32,000 bases of DNA from Psychrobacter cryohalolentis K5 (GCF_000013905.1 NC_007969.1:60001-92000); one strand, 5' to 3'; shown: positions 17,937-29,240, counted from the stretch's first letter. Translations and numbers: made by a program. The notes: generated by a model from the letters alone, not told the origin.

Positions 17937-19649
17937 CTACTCAGAAGTCACGCGCATCATTTCTTGAATACTGGTGACGCCTTGTAAAACCTTTAAAACA
18001 CCAGAGCGACGTAAGTCTCTAAAACCGTTTTTTAGCGCCGCATCTTTGATATCTATCGCGTTACCATCTTCCATGATAATACGTGAAATATCTGGAGTGA
18101 CTTTCATCACCTCATAAATACCAACACGTCCTTTGTATCCTTCACGGCACTCATTACAACCGACTGGCTCGTAGATGATATTGTCTGTATTGTCCAAATC
18201 TGCATCTGTAAAACCAAGCTCAAGCAGACTTTGACGTGGGATACTAATGGGTTTTTTACAGTTTTTACATAAGCGCCGTGCCAATCGCTGAGCAATGACC
18301 AAGTTCACGGAAGTGGCAATATTAAAAGAAGCGACACCCATATTGCGTAATCGCGTTAACGTTTCAGGCGCTGAATTGGTATGTAAGGTTGAAAGTACCA
18401 TGTGCCCTGTCTGTGCTGCTTTAATCGCAATCTCAGCAGTTTCAAGATCACGAATCTCACCAACCATCACAATATCAGGATCTTGGCGTAAGAAAGACTT
18501 AAGGGCGGTGGAGAAAGTCAGCCCCACTTTTGGGTTGACGTTGACCTGATTAATACCTTCAAGGTTAATTTCGACAGGATCTTCGGCAGTCGAGATATTG
18601 GTCGAACCAGTATTCAGGATGTTAATACCAGTATAGAGTGAGACGGTTTTACCAGAACCAGTGGGACCAGTAATTAGGAGCATGCCTTGCGGTTTATGTA
18701 ACGCCTCCAAAAACATATCTTGTTGGTCAGGCTCATAGCCCAACGCTTCAATACCAAGCATGGCTGATGAGGGATCTAGAATACGCAAAACCAGTTTTTC
18801 GCCAAACAAGGTAGGTAGGCAACTTACCCGAAAATCGATGGCCTTATTTTTAGATATCTTTAGCTTAATACGTCCATCTTGAGGGACACGGCGCTCTGAG
18901 ATATCCATTTGTGACATTACTTTTAAACGCGCAGCAATTTTCCCCGCGAGTTGTACGGGCGGGTTGGCCATTTTTTGCATCACACCGTCGACTCGAAAGC
19001 GCACTCGATAGCTTTTTTCATAGGGCTCAAAATGTAAGTCGGACGCACCCATACGAATGGCATCTACTAGCATTTTATTAACAAACTTGACGACCGGTGC
19101 TTCCTCGACGCTATCAGAGATTTTGGTCTCGCCGTCATCTTCTTCTTGACTCTCATCAAAGCCAATATGCAAATCACTATTAGAAAAGCTATCAAAATTT
19201 TGCATGCTATCAGCATAGAAGCTTTCAATACGCCTTTTAAGCTTATCTTCTTCGACTACAACGGTTTCAATTGACAAGCGAGAGTTAAAGGCAATCGCAT
19301 CAATCGCATCGATACGGGTCGGATCACTCAGTGCCACAAATAAGCGTTGCCCACGCTTAAACATTGGCAAGGCATTAAACTTACGGACGATTTTTTCGTC
19401 GACCAAGTCTTTTGGGATGACCTCTGAGCTGAGCGTATCAAGATCAAATAAAGGATCGCCGAATGCTTGCGATAGCATTTGAGCCAATTGATAGGCATTG
19501 GCAAGCTTATGCTCTACCAGATAAGAGACCAGTCCTACTTGCTGCTGCTGCGAATCAGTCTGCGCCGCTTTCATATGCGCTTCGCTTACGATACCTTCGC
19601 TAATCAGCTGCTGTGCTAAGCCACCGTATTTACTGGTTGTGATAGACAT
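17937..19649 (-). CDS. pilB: Type IV pilus assembly ATPase PilB (GspE family)
   Basis: Contains Walker A GPTGSGKT, Asp/His boxes (MVGEIRDLETAEIAIKAAQTGHMVLSTLHTN), a tetracysteine motif CKNC...CNEC, and an N-terminal MshEN-like domain. Confidence 0.95.
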   Translation of the reverse strand: MSITTSKYGGLAQQLISEGIVSEAHMKAAQTDSQQQQVGLVSYLVEHKLANAYQLAQMLSQAFGDPLFDLDTLSSEVIPKDLVDEKIVRKFNALPMFKRGQRLFVALSDPTRIDAIDAIAFNSRLSIETVVVEEDKLKRRIESFYADSMQNFDSFSNSDLHIGFDESQEEDDGETKISDSVEEAPVVKFVNKMLVDAIRMGASDLHFEPYEKSYRVRFRVDGVMQKMANPPVQLAGKIAARLKVMSQMDISERRVPQDGRIKLKISKNKAIDFRVSCLPTLFGEKLVLRILDPSSAMLGIEALGYEPDQQDMFLEALHKPQGMLLITGPTGSGKTVSLYTGINILNTGSTNISTAEDPVEINLEGINQVNVNPKVGLTFSTALKSFLRQDPDIVMVGEIRDLETAEIAIKAAQTGHMVLSTLHTNSAPETLTRLRNMGVASFNIATSVNLVIAQRLARRLCKNCKKPISIPRQSLLELGFTDADLDNTDNIIYEPVGCNECREGYKGRVGIYEVMKVTPDISRIIMEDGNAIDIKDAALKNGFRDLRRSGVLKVLQGVTSIQEMMRVTSE

Positions 19650-20046
19650 TAAGACTTCTCCTTGCTCGATATCTGGTAGGCGATATATTTACCTAAATAG
19701 CAGGCTATTCACCATGTTTTACTTATTGCCATTTTATCGTTGATAGTTGAGCTAATTATTAAAATAGTTATTTTAAATACGGGTTTGAGATAAAAAAATC
19801 GATTGTCTGCACTTTATCCTATATTGAGAAAATCATATAGGGATTTACGTGAGCGCAAAGGTTTTATAGAGAGCAGGGCTCGATTGGCCAATCAAAAATA
19901 ATTATTTAGCAATAGTTACTAAAGCAACGGTTGAAAGGTCAGTTTTGATTTGGGGCGCACTATACTATAGCACTTGTGAAATATTTGTTATACTTGCGCG
20001 CATATTAGCCATATTGGCAGCCATATATAAGACAAGGTAGAGAAGA

Positions 20047-20856
20047 ATGCAAGCTTGGGTAATTGGAAATTGGAAGCAGAATCCAGCAACGAGCCATGAC
20101 GTAAACGCACTACTGGACGATTTATGCGCTGCTATTAGTACAACCAAGCAAATGAGCCACGATAACTCCGCGCGTTGTCAAATAATGGTAGCACCAAGCT
20201 TCATACATTTAGCAGCAGTGAATGGTCGCCTAAAAGACACCTCAATACTGTGCGCAGCTCAAGACGTTAGTGGACACAGTGCCAGTGTTGGTGCTTATAC
20301 AGGTGACTGTTCAGCGCAGCAGATAGTCGATGCTGGAGCGACTTGGACAATTCTTGGTCACTCAGAGCGCCGTCAGTATCATCAAGAATCTAACGATACT
20401 CTATTGCAAAAAATGATTCATGCGTTGTCACAAGATTTAGGCGTGGTATTTTGCATTGGTGAAAGCCAAGCACAATATGATACCAAGCAAACGCTTGAAG
20501 TCATCGATAATCAGTTAGCAGTTATCAAAGAATTCATTACACAGCAGCCAGAACTTATTAAGGCATTACCGACTCGTCTCATTATTGCTTATGAGCCAGT
20601 ATGGGCAATAGGTACAGGTAAAGTGCCAACGGTAGCAGAAGTCAGCGCCACTCATAAGCATATCAAGCAAATATTGGCAGGATTTGCCGACTCATTGTCT
20701 AATATGACGGTTTTGTATGGCGGTAGTGTCAATGCTGATAATGCTAATAGCTTTGCTGCTGATCCTATGATTGATGGCGCTTTAGTTGGCGGTGCTTCAT
20801 TGAAAGCTGACAGCTTTCTGACGATTGCCACTGCTTTTAGCCAAGCCAGTATCTAG
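20047..20856 (+). CDS. tpiA: Triosephosphate isomerase
   Basis: Contains [24 protein letters not shown] and YGGSV, the canonical TIM motifs. Confidence 0.95.
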   Translation: MQAWVIGNWKQNPATSHDVNALLDDLCAAISTTKQMSHDNSARCQIMVAPSFIHLAAVNGRLKDTSILCAAQDVSGHSASVGAYTGDCSAQQIVDAGATWTILGHSERRQYHQESNDTLLQKMIHALSQDLGVVFCIGESQAQYDTKQTLEVIDNQLAVIKEFITQQPELIKALPTRLIIAYEPVWAIGTGKVPTVAEVSATHKHIKQILAGFADSLSNMTVLYGGSVNADNANSFAADPMIDGALVGGASLKADSFLTIATAFSQASI

Positions 20857-21084
20857 TAGATTCTTGATAGATATAATAAAAACGTGAGTCTTTATTGTAA
20901 TTGTTATTCACAAAATGTCTTTATCAGTTGGCAAAAGTGGGTTTAACAGTGCCCTTGCAATCGTGTACAATACGCCCTATTTATATCATCGATATGGCAA
21001 CATTTACCGCCAATCTTTATCACTATTACACCATACGATTTGTTTTTCGTTATCAGTCGTCATTACGCGGCAAAAGAGGCCACC

Positions 21085-21393
21085 ATGTTTACGTTTATAT
21101 TAGCCCTGCATATTATCGTGGCGATTGCCATGATTGGCTTGATTTTGATACAGCATGGTAAAGGGGCAGATGCAGGGGCTTCTTTTGGTGCCGGTTCATC
21201 AGGTACAGTATTTGGTGCAGCGGGCACTGCCAACTTCTTAACACGCGCGACAGCCGTGTTGACCGCCATCTTTTTTATCACGAGTATGACCCTTGCGGTC
21301 CATGCTCGTAAGCAGGCAGAAGATCAGTTTCGTCTAGATGCACCGGTTTCAGCACCACAAACGCCGCGGCCTTTGACACAAAATCCTCAGTAG
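21085..21393 (+). CDS. secG: Preprotein translocase subunit SecG
   Basis: MFTFILALHIIVAIAMIGLILIQHGKGADAGASFGAGSSGTVFG is the SecG signature. I chose the ATG at 21085, preceded by AAGAGG, over the longer track ORF starting at 21040. Confidence 0.9.
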   Translation: MFTFILALHIIVAIAMIGLILIQHGKGADAGASFGAGSSGTVFGAAGTANFLTRATAVLTAIFFITSMTLAVHARKQAEDQFRLDAPVSAPQTPRPLTQNPQ

Positions 21394-21486
21394 CTGCTGT
21401 TACTCTAGTTTTTTAAGTAGGCAGCCCTTGCTATTTGAAAGCGTTACATTTACAATGCTTTTTCTGTTTTTACAAGTCTTAGACCT

Positions 21487-21516
21487 TTGATGCTTACCTT
21501 ACGCGTCAACTATAAT
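21487..21516 (+). promoter_or_regulatory. Candidate sigma70 promoter for tRNA-Leu
   Basis: TTGATG (21487-21492), an 18-bp spacer, then TATAAT (21511-21516), about 35 bp upstream of the tRNA 5' end. Confidence 0.4.
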
Positions 21517-21552
21517 GGGTATTGAGAATATAGAGAGAACAGTTAGAGTAAT

Positions 21553-21637
21553 GCGATTGTGGTGGAATTGGTAGACACGCCATCTTGAGGGGGTGGTGGC
21601 GCAAGCTGTGGGGGTTCAAGTCCCCCCAATCGCACCA
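21553..21637 (+). tRNA. leuU: tRNA-Leu (anticodon GAG), class II with a long variable arm
   Basis: Acceptor stem GCGATTG/CAATCGC plus ACCA, D-arm GTGGAATTGGTAGAC, anticodon loop TTGAGGG, T-loop GGTTCAAGTCC. The sequence is close to E. coli leuU, which also follows secG. Confidence 0.9.
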
Positions 21638-21716
21638 AGTTTTAAAGTTGTATCGTATTAAGTGAGTCGTTCATAAATAGCTAAGATTTTTAATTTAAAT
21701 TATTTTTAAATAAAGA

Positions 21717-21745
21717 TTGACACTACTATAAAACCTCCCTATAAT
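21717..21745 (+). promoter_or_regulatory. Consensus sigma70 promoter for the initiator tRNA (metY-type)
   Basis: TTGACA (21717-21722), a 17-bp spacer, then TATAAT (21740-21745). An A/T-rich UP-like tract lies upstream, and a GC-rich ACGCG discriminator lies downstream. The tRNA 5' end is at 21762. Confidence 0.65.
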
Positions 21746-21761
21746 ACGCGTTCTAGATTGA

Positions 21762-21838
<77 letters not shown>

Positions 21839-21883
21839 CTTTTTATACTGATGTTTTGCACACTAAATTTGTCAGTAACAATT

Positions 21884-21912
21884 AGCCCACCATTATGCTT
21901 GTGGGTTTTTTT
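21884..21912 (+). terminator. Intrinsic terminator/attenuator after tRNA-fMet
   Basis: The stem AGCCCAC / GTGGGTT (one G-U pair) is followed by a T-run of 7 or more. Confidence 0.6.
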
Positions 21913-22296
21913 GTATCTGGCGGTCTGTGTAATCGCGATATCTATCCTACTTATGCTAAGCTCTATGTCTATAGAGTGCGATACCATTTATAGAAGCTTG
22001 TTATCACATGTCATTCATGGCGCGATGATACTTAAGCACACTATCTTTTATTCCTCACTCTTTTATCGATAGTACTGCTTTATAAGTAATAAAAGCATAG
22101 CGCGGCTGAGCTTGATATTTGTCAAGCTTACCCTGATATAAATACCCGGTAGATATCATTTGTGTTTATGCTTTAAGCATAAGACAATCACTGTGGTTTA
22201 AATAACGATAGGTTCTTATTAAATAATGATGAAGAAAAACTTCAGCAGGATTTATTAAGTAAGATAGATAAGTGAATAGGAAAATATAAATAGATT

Positions 22297-22797
22297 ATGA
22301 AGCTTTCGACCAAAGTTACAGAATTGACTAATATCATTGCCCCTGCCGTCGCGGCTTGCGATGTGGCACTATGGGGTATAGAGTTTGCACCACAGGGCAA
22401 TCGCTCTTTGTTACGCATTTATATTGAGGCATTGCCAGAAGAGCAAGCTCAAAATAAACAAGTAACGATTGAAAACTGTGCAGCAGTGAATCACCAAGTG
22501 AGCGGTATTCTTGAAGTTCATGACCCGATTTCCGGTGAGTTTATTTTAGAAGTCTCTTCACCTGGTTTTGACCGTGCGTTCTTTTCAGATGAGCAAATGC
22601 ATGCTTATGTCGGTCAGACAGTGAGCTTGCGTTTGATACAAGCGATTGGTGAAGGTGATAAAAAACGCCGTAAAGCAACTGGTACTCTAAACAGTATCGA
22701 TGCCACCTCTTTAAAGCTGACTGCCACTGATGGTGAGCAGTTTGAGATTGCATTAAGCAATATTGATAAAGCCAATTTAATTTATGAAGATGCTTAA
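22297..22797 (+). CDS. rimP: Ribosome maturation factor RimP
   Basis: Contains the LEVSSPGFDRAFF motif. Size and position immediately upstream of nusA fit RimP. Confidence 0.9.
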   Translation: MKLSTKVTELTNIIAPAVAACDVALWGIEFAPQGNRSLLRIYIEALPEEQAQNKQVTIENCAAVNHQVSGILEVHDPISGEFILEVSSPGFDRAFFSDEQMHAYVGQTVSLRLIQAIGEGDKKRRKATGTLNSIDATSLKLTATDGEQFEIALSNIDKANLIYEDA

Positions 22798-22930
22798 TCT
22801 ATTCGCTATTAGACCTTTTAGTGTATAAACGCAGTTAGTCTAATAGTTTAGATGGCTGATGGTGAAAATATAGAGTAAGTCAAAAATTATAAAATTTAAG
22901 TCAATTAAAAAATGATAGGACAGGCATAGT

Positions 22931-24415
22931 ATGAGTCGTGAAATCTTAACGGTAGTAGAAACTGTCAGTAACGAGAAGGGCTTAAATCCTGAAGACATCT
23001 TTGAAGCAATCGAAGATGCTTTGGTCGTCTCGACTAAGAAAAAAGTATATACCGATCAGCCGGAAGTAGAAGTGCGGGTTTCAATTGACCGTACAACAGG
23101 CGATTATGATACTTATCGTTATTGGACAGTGGTTGCGGATGAAGACCATGAAATGCCTGCTTGTCAGCTTGCGATTACTGACCTTGATCAAGAAGAATGG
23201 TCAATCGGTGATATTAAAGAAGAGCAAATTGAGTCGATCGAGTTTGGTCGTATTGCTGCCACTCAAGCCAAACAAGTTATCATCCAAAAGATTCGTGAAG
23301 CTGAGCGTAATTTAGTAGCAGATGCTTTTGAGCCACGTGTTGGCGAGATGATGTATGGCGAAGTCAAAAAACAAACCCGTGATGGTTACATCATTGACTT
23401 AGGTGATAATGCTGAGGGTTATCTATCACGTGATCAGATGCTACCACGTGAGCAATTGCGCGCAAAATCGCGTATCAATGCCATCTTATATCATGTGAAC
23501 CGTGAAAATCGCGGCGCTCAGTTGCTTCTATCACGTACTCATCCTGAAATGCTCTCGGCATTGATGCAAAAAGAAGTGCCTGAGATTGCAGAACAAATTA
23601 TCGAAATCCGTAACGTCGCGCGCTTACCGGGTACTCGTGCTAAAATAGCGGTTAAGACCAACGATCATCGTATCGATCCGGTTGGTGCTTGTATTGGTAT
23701 GCGTGGTACACGTATCCAAGCAGTACAGCAAGAGCTTGATGGCGAGCGTATTGATGTAGTGGTTTGGTCAGATGATCCTGCCCAATTTATCATCAGCGCT
23801 TTAGAGCCTGCAGACGTAAGCAGTATCATCCTAGATGAAGATACGCAAACGGCTGATATTATCTTTAGTACCAATGATCAGCTAGCACGTGCGATTGGCT
23901 CACAAGGTCAAAACGTACGCTTAGCTTCTGAGCTGACCGGCTATAAGCTAAATATGATGCTAGAAGAAGAGTATCAGCAGCGTCAAGCAAACGAATCTAA
24001 AGCATTCATCGAACTATTCTATGAACGCCTAGAAGTGGATAAAGACCTAGCACAAGCGCTTGTCGATATTGGTTTCACCAGTATTGAAGAAGTGGCTTAT
24101 GTACCTGTCGAAACCTTCTACGATATTGAAGGATTAGATGATGAAGCGATTGATATGATCCAAGAGCGTGCGAAAGAAGTCGTTATTGCAGACGAATTGG
24201 TCAAACAACAGAACATGAAAGAGCCAAGTCAGGAACTACAAGATCTTGAAGGAATGACAGTCAGTTGGGCTTATAAAATGGCTCAAAAAGACATCATTAC
24301 GGTGGATGACTTGGCAGAACAAGCCGTCTTCGACTTAGAAGATATCGAAGACTTAGATACTGAAACCGCAGGAAAACTCATCATGAAAGCTCGGGAATCT
24401 TGGTTCAATGAATAA
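22931..24415 (+). CDS. nusA: Transcription termination/antitermination factor NusA
   Basis: An N-terminal NusA domain is followed by S1 (GEMMYGEVKK), KH1/KH2 (DPVGACIGMRGTRIQAV; AIGSQGQNVRLA), and C-terminal acidic repeats. Confidence 0.95.
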   Translation: MSREILTVVETVSNEKGLNPEDIFEAIEDALVVSTKKKVYTDQPEVEVRVSIDRTTGDYDTYRYWTVVADEDHEMPACQLAITDLDQEEWSIGDIKEEQIESIEFGRIAATQAKQVIIQKIREAERNLVADAFEPRVGEMMYGEVKKQTRDGYIIDLGDNAEGYLSRDQMLPREQLRAKSRINAILYHVNRENRGAQLLLSRTHPEMLSALMQKEVPEIAEQIIEIRNVARLPGTRAKIAVKTNDHRIDPVGACIGMRGTRIQAVQQELDGERIDVVVWSDDPAQFIISALEPADVSSIILDEDTQTADIIFSTNDQLARAIGSQGQNVRLASELTGYKLNMMLEEEYQQRQANESKAFIELFYERLEVDKDLAQALVDIGFTSIEEVAYVPVETFYDIEGLDDEAIDMIQERAKEVVIADELVKQQNMKEPSQELQDLEGMTVSWAYKMAQKDIITVDDLAEQAVFDLEDIEDLDTETAGKLIMKARESWFNE

Positions 24416-24564
24416 GCGGTAACTGCATATCGCTGTCTTTTGGTGATATGCTATCGATAATAAAGTGCTGGTATGAGCAAAATTTATATCAGCCTTACCC
24501 CAATCATTTGTAGCCAACAACTGAATTGAACATATAGCAAATAATAGACAGTAGGTGATAATAA

Positions 24565-27291
24565 ATGGCAGATAAGACCGTCAAAGAACTGGCAGATATG
24601 GTAAGCAAAACCGCAAGTGCTGTACAACAGCAATTGGTAGATGCTGGACTGCCTGCGCGTGCAGAAGGTGACTTAGTCACCGAGCTTGAGCAGGAAAAGT
24701 TGGTGACGTATTTAAAGCAAAGTCATGGTCAGGAAGAAAAGCGTCGCATTAGTCTGAAGTCTAAAACGACTAGTACTGCGCGTGTGACTGGCTCTTCGGG
24801 CAAATCTAAGAGCGTCAATGTTGAAGTGCGTAAAAAGAAAGTGTTCGAGAAGCCTGATCCAGAAAAGATGGCTGAAGAATTGGCTGCACGTGAGCAAGCG
24901 ATGATTGAGTCGCAAGCGCGTGCTGCTAAAGATGCCGAAGACCGTGCTGCTACTAAGAAAAAATCTGAGGAGCGTCAAGCTGCTACTTTAGCTGCGATGC
25001 GTGCAAGCCTTGGCTCTAGCAAAAAGTCAGACGACAAGAATGACGATATTTCAACGTCAGTGGTTGTGAAAAAAGGCGGCAAGACTACTATTGAAGTTAA
25101 GCCGAAAGACCAACCTAAGAAGAAAGTTACAGCGACAAAACCAAAAGTTGAGACGGCAGTTGAGCGTAAAGCTCGTGAAGTGCGTGAAAAAGAAGAAGCT
25201 CGTTTACGCGAGATCGAAACTGAAACACGCCGTACCCAAGCTGAAGAAGCGCAAAAGCGTACGCTTGAGCAAATGCGTAAAATGGCTGGTCAATATACTG
25301 ATCAGCCCGCAACTGAAGTTCGTAAAGATGAGCCATTGGCAGAAGGTTTGGTTGGTGACGCATTAGAAGAATCGTTTGAGAAAGAACGTCGTGAAATCAA
25401 GCGTGGCACCAGTACTACTAGTGCCCGTGGCCGTGGTCGTCGTAAAAATCAAGACGAGCGTGAAATTAAGAACCGCAAAAACGGTCTACGTTCAAGCCAG
25501 TCTTCACAGCATAAATTCGAAAAACCTGTCGAAAAAATTGTTTATGATGTAGAAATCAGTGAGCAAATCACGGTTTCTGATCTTGCCCAGCGCATGGCAG
25601 TGAAAGCTCGTGAAGTGACTAAGTTACTCATGAAAATGGGTGAAATTGCTCGCGAATCAGACATGATTGATCAAGCAACCGCTAGTCTAATCGTAGAAGA
25701 GATGGGTCACAATCCAGTACCCGTCAGTGATACTAAAGTTGAAGACGATCTACAAGATGCTGTTGATGAGCGCAGCAGTAACGTACAAACGCGTCCACCA
25801 GTAGTCACTATCATGGGTCACGTTGATCATGGTAAGACGTCATTACTAGATAAAATCCGTGAAACGAAAGTGGCTACGGGCGAAGCAGGCGGTATTACTC
25901 AGCATATCGGTGCTTATCATGTGAAAACAGCACGTGGTGTTATTACTTTCCTTGATACTCCAGGTCACGCCGCCTTTAGTGCAATGCGCTCACGTGGTGC
26001 TCAAGCGACAGATATCGTTGTATTGGTCGTTGCTGCTGATGACGGCATGATGCCACAAACTGAAGAAGCGATTGATCATGCTCGTGCTGCTGGTACGCCG
26101 CTGATTGTTGCTATCAACAAAATGGATAAGCCAAGTGCTGATCCTGATCGTGTTCTTAACGAGTTGACTGCAAAAGAAGTGGTATCGGAGGATTGGGGTG
26201 GTGATACTCCTATGGCTCGTATCTCAGCCAAGACAGGTGATGGTATTGATGAGCTGCTAGAGCTTATTAGCTTACAAGCTGAGCTAATGGAATTAGAAGC
26301 ACCATTAGATGGTCCTGCTCAAGGTGTGGTTATTGAGTCAAGACTTGAAAAAGGTCGTGGTCCTGTCGTTAGTGTCCTTGTCAAAAAAGGTACATTAAAA
26401 CAAGGCGATTTAGTCTTAGCTGGTGAATATTACGGTAAAGTTCGTGCGATGACTGATGAACATGGCAAACGTATTCAATCAGCTGGACCTTCTATCCCTG
26501 TAGAGATATTAGGCTTACCTGAAACGCCGGCAGCTGGTAGTGAATTCTTAGTCTTAACGGACGAGAAAAAAGCCCGTGAAGTCGCGGACTTTAGAACCAA
26601 CCGTGAGCGCGAGCGTCAGCTTGAGCGTCAAAACGCGATGCGTCTAGAGAGCATGTTTGATCAGATGGAACAGGGTAATGTTTCATACCTAAATATCGTT
26701 CTAAAAACCGATGTTCGTGGCTCGCTTGAAGCACTACTTGCTGCATTGAATGAGTTATCGACGGATGAAGTTAAAGTCCGTGTGATCAGCTCAGGCGTTG
26801 GTCCTATCTCTGAGTCAGATGTGACGCTAGCAGAATCTAGTGAAGCGGTATTATTAGGCTTCAACGTTCGTGCAGATGCTACCGCACGTCGTAAATCAGA
26901 TTCTGCCAACATGGATATCCGCTATTACAGCGTTATTTATGGCTTGATTGATGATGTGAAAGCGGCAATGAGCGGTATGCTTGCGCCAGAACATCGCGAG
27001 AAAATCTTAGGTGTTGCAGACGTTCGTGAAGTATTCCGCTCTAGTAAGTTTGGTGCAGCTGCTGGTTGTATGGTGGTTGAAGGTACGATTTATCGCAACA
27101 AACCTATCCGTGTATTACGTAATGACCAAGTTATCTTTACTGGTCAATTACAGTCATTACGTCGCTACAAAGAAGACGTTAATGAAGTACGTACGGGCAT
27201 GGAATGTGGTCTAGCCGTCCGCGGTTACGATGTAGAAGCTGGTGATAAAATCGAAGTCTTTGAGATTCAAGAGTTCGCACGTACTATCTAA
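24565..27291 (+). CDS. infB: Translation initiation factor IF-2
   Basis: A K/E/R-rich N-terminal region precedes the G domain ([22 protein letters not shown]) and a conserved C-terminal domain. Confidence 0.95.
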   Translation: MADKTVKELADMVSKTASAVQQQLVDAGLPARAEGDLVTELEQEKLVTYLKQSHGQEEKRRISLKSKTTSTARVTGSSGKSKSVNVEVRKKKVFEKPDPEKMAEELAAREQAMIESQARAAKDAEDRAATKKKSEERQAATLAAMRASLGSSKKSDDKNDDISTSVVVKKGGKTTIEVKPKDQPKKKVTATKPKVETAVERKAREVREKEEARLREIETETRRTQAEEAQKRTLEQMRKMAGQYTDQPATEVRKDEPLAEGLVGDALEESFEKERREIKRGTSTTSARGRGRRKNQDEREIKNRKNGLRSSQSSQHKFEKPVEKIVYDVEISEQITVSDLAQRMAVKAREVTKLLMKMGEIARESDMIDQATASLIVEEMGHNPVPVSDTKVEDDLQDAVDERSSNVQTRPPVVTIMGHVDHGKTSLLDKIRETKVATGEAGGITQHIGAYHVKTARGVITFLDTPGHAAFSAMRSRGAQATDIVVLVVAADDGMMPQTEEAIDHARAAGTPLIVAINKMDKPSADPDRVLNELTAKEVVSEDWGGDTPMARISAKTGDGIDELLELISLQAELMELEAPLDGPAQGVVIESRLEKGRGPVVSVLVKKGTLKQGDLVLAGEYYGKVRAMTDEHGKRIQSAGPSIPVEILGLPETPAAGSEFLVLTDEKKAREVADFRTNRERERQLERQNAMRLESMFDQMEQGNVSYLNIVLKTDVRGSLEALLAALNELSTDEVKVRVISSGVGPISESDVTLAESSEAVLLGFNVRADATARRKSDSANMDIRYYSVIYGLIDDVKAAMSGMLAPEHREKILGVADVREVFRSSKFGAAAGCMVVEGTIYRNKPIRVLRNDQVIFTGQLQSLRRYKEDVNEVRTGMECGLAVRGYDVEAGDKIEVFEIQEFARTI

Positions 27292-27389
27292 AGTCACTGG
27301 TAAAATTAGGATGGTGCCTCATGCAATCCGCTTTATTAAATGCGCATGGCATGATGGGTTAGCTATCTTATAAATATTCAGCTGTACTT

Positions 27390-27423
27390 AGGCCTAACAG
27401 GTACATCCTGCTAGGCCTTTTTT
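27390..27423 (+). terminator. Intrinsic terminator/attenuator between infB and rbfA
   Basis: An AGGCCTA...TAGGCCT outer stem and a CAGG/CCTG inner stem are followed by TTTTTT. Confidence 0.55.
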
Positions 27424-27489
27424 AACAAATATTAGGCGTTAAACTTATTAATAAATGATTATATTGATCAATAAAAACAAGGTAATAAC

Positions 27490-27894
27490 ATGAACCAACG
27501 TTTACAACGTTTAGCTGATCAGATTCAGCGTGAGCTTGCTGTCCTTATCCGTGACGCGGTCAATGATCCGCGTCTGACAGGTTTTGTCACTATCTCTAGC
27601 ATTAAAGTCAGCCCAGATTTGGGCTATGCTGATGTGTATGTGACCATTATGGAGCCTGAGCTCAATGATGCCATGACCATGTCAAATCATGAAGAAAGCA
27701 TCAAGGTGCTAAATAAAGCAGCAGGCTTCTTGCGTACTGAGCTGAGTCATAGTTTGAAGACTCGCACAACACCGCGTTTGCGCTTTCATTATGATGAAGT
27801 GACTGCCCGTGGTAATTACATGATGGATTTAATCAGTAAAGCGGTTATTAAAACTGAAGAAAATGAGTCTGACGAGCAAGAAAACGAAGAGTAG
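27490..27894 (+). CDS. rbfA: Ribosome-binding factor A
   Basis: Contains QRLADQIQRELAVLI...DPRL...VTISSIKVSPDLGYADVYV...TPRLRFHYD, the RbfA signature, plus an acidic C-terminal tail. Confidence 0.9.
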   Translation: MNQRLQRLADQIQRELAVLIRDAVNDPRLTGFVTISSIKVSPDLGYADVYVTIMEPELNDAMTMSNHEESIKVLNKAAGFLRTELSHSLKTRTTPRLRFHYDEVTARGNYMMDLISKAVIKTEENESDEQENEE

Positions 27895-27910
27895 AAGGGT
27901 AAAAGTCATT

Positions 27911-28990
27911 ATGTCTATCGCATCTACGCAAGCGGATAAAAAGTCTAGTAATCACCCTAACAAGATTAAAGTTTCTGGTGTTATTTTAGTCGATAAGCCT
28001 CAAGGTATGACTTCTCAGCAAGTGGTTTCAAAGGTAAAATATTTATTTAAATCGCCTAACCATGACAGCAAGAAAGCAGGTCATACCGGCACACTTGATC
28101 CAATGGCAACAGGATTATTGCCTATCTGTTTGGGTGAAGCGACCAAGTTCAGTCACTATCAGCTTGATGCGGATAAATCTTATCAAGCAACCATTCTACT
28201 TGGTAGTCAAACTGATACCGGTGATGCCGATGGGCAAGTCACTGCTGAGGCACCGATTCCAGCGTTTGATGATGCACTGTTAGACAAAGTCGCTCAGCAG
28301 TTTTTAGGTGCCCAGCAGCAAATTCCACCGATGTATTCTGCCTTAAAAAAAGATGGCAAAAAACTCTATGAATATGCTCGTGCTGGTATAGAAGTAGACC
28401 GCCCGCCAAGAGACATTGTCCTTAAAGCCATTGAGTTAAAAGCAATCGATGAGCAGCAAATCCAGTTAACAGTAACTTGTTCAAAAGGCACTTATGTGCG
28501 TGTATTGGCAGAAGATATTGCTAAAGCGATGGGTACACTTGGACATTTAACGGCATTGCGCCGTCTACAAGTGGGTGATTTTAAAATCGATGAGACAATT
28601 GCGCTTGCAGATTTAGAAGCATTGCCATTAGAACAACGTCAGACATATCTATTGCCAGTAGATGCCTGCATTGATATTAGTGCTGAGCTGTCACTATCGT
28701 CAGAGCAGTGCGAGCGCGTACAAATGGGTCAACGCTTGAATGTTATCGATCAGTTGACTGATGATGTGCAAAGTTATATCACAACAGCTATCGATCAGCA
28801 TTTAGCTGCTAACAATAACAGCGCTGCTGATAGTCAAAATATAGAAGATACTAACGATGATAACGAGCAGCAATTGGTACATGAAATACCGATAGATATT
28901 CGTCTTATTGATGAGCAGGGTGCGTTTATTGGTTTAGGGGCAGTGAGCTTAAATGGTCGATTGCAACCTAAAAAGCTGATTCAGTTGTAA
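27911..28990 (+). CDS. truB: tRNA pseudouridine(55) synthase TruB
   Basis: Contains GVILVDKPQGMTS, the catalytic motif GHTGTLDPMATGLLPICLG, and YSALKKDGKKLYEYAR. I prefer the ATG at 27911, after rbfA ends; the track ORF starts at 27863 inside rbfA. Confidence 0.9.
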   Translation: MSIASTQADKKSSNHPNKIKVSGVILVDKPQGMTSQQVVSKVKYLFKSPNHDSKKAGHTGTLDPMATGLLPICLGEATKFSHYQLDADKSYQATILLGSQTDTGDADGQVTAEAPIPAFDDALLDKVAQQFLGAQQQIPPMYSALKKDGKKLYEYARAGIEVDRPPRDIVLKAIELKAIDEQQIQLTVTCSKGTYVRVLAEDIAKAMGTLGHLTALRRLQVGDFKIDETIALADLEALPLEQRQTYLLPVDACIDISAELSLSSEQCERVQMGQRLNVIDQLTDDVQSYITTAIDQHLAANNNSAADSQNIEDTNDDNEQQLVHEIPIDIRLIDEQGAFIGLGAVSLNGRLQPKKLIQL

Positions 28991-29080
28991 TTTCAACATG
29001 TAAATCTGGTTAGATTTATAACTTAAAAGCTGCAAAACTTACTAAGAGTTCACACAAATCACATATCGTCACATTTTATT

Positions 29081-29114
29081 GCAGGTTTCACCTATAGTGA
29101 AACCTGCTTTTTTT
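29081..29114 (+). terminator. Intrinsic terminator after truB
   Basis: A perfect 11-bp stem, GCAGGTTTCAC (29081-29091) / GTGAAACCTGC (29097-29107), is followed by TTTTTTT. Confidence 0.75.
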
Positions 29115-29240
29115 GTATCTTGATTAAGTCAGCTAGGGAAAGCATGATATGGATGAAAAGAATAATAAGAAAGTACAATATAAAATATGAAAGGGTGATA
29201 ATAATACAAAACGGATTTACTATAGATTATTGTTGAATAA

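Noticed and set aside
19882-19893. Perfect 12-bp palindrome GATTGGCCAATC in the pilB/tpiA divergent promoter region
   Set aside because: A 6+6 perfect palindrome is expected several times by chance in 32 kb (about 32000/4^6). I have no supporting second site or known regulator motif, so it is recorded only as a possible operator.
24712-25366. Alternative-frame and antisense ORFs (88, 91 and 78 aa) inside the 5' third of infB
   Set aside because: They arise from the purine-rich, repetitive K/E/R-coding region of the IF-2 N-terminus. Their products are K/R- or L/F-rich low-complexity mirrors, and there are no independent start signals.
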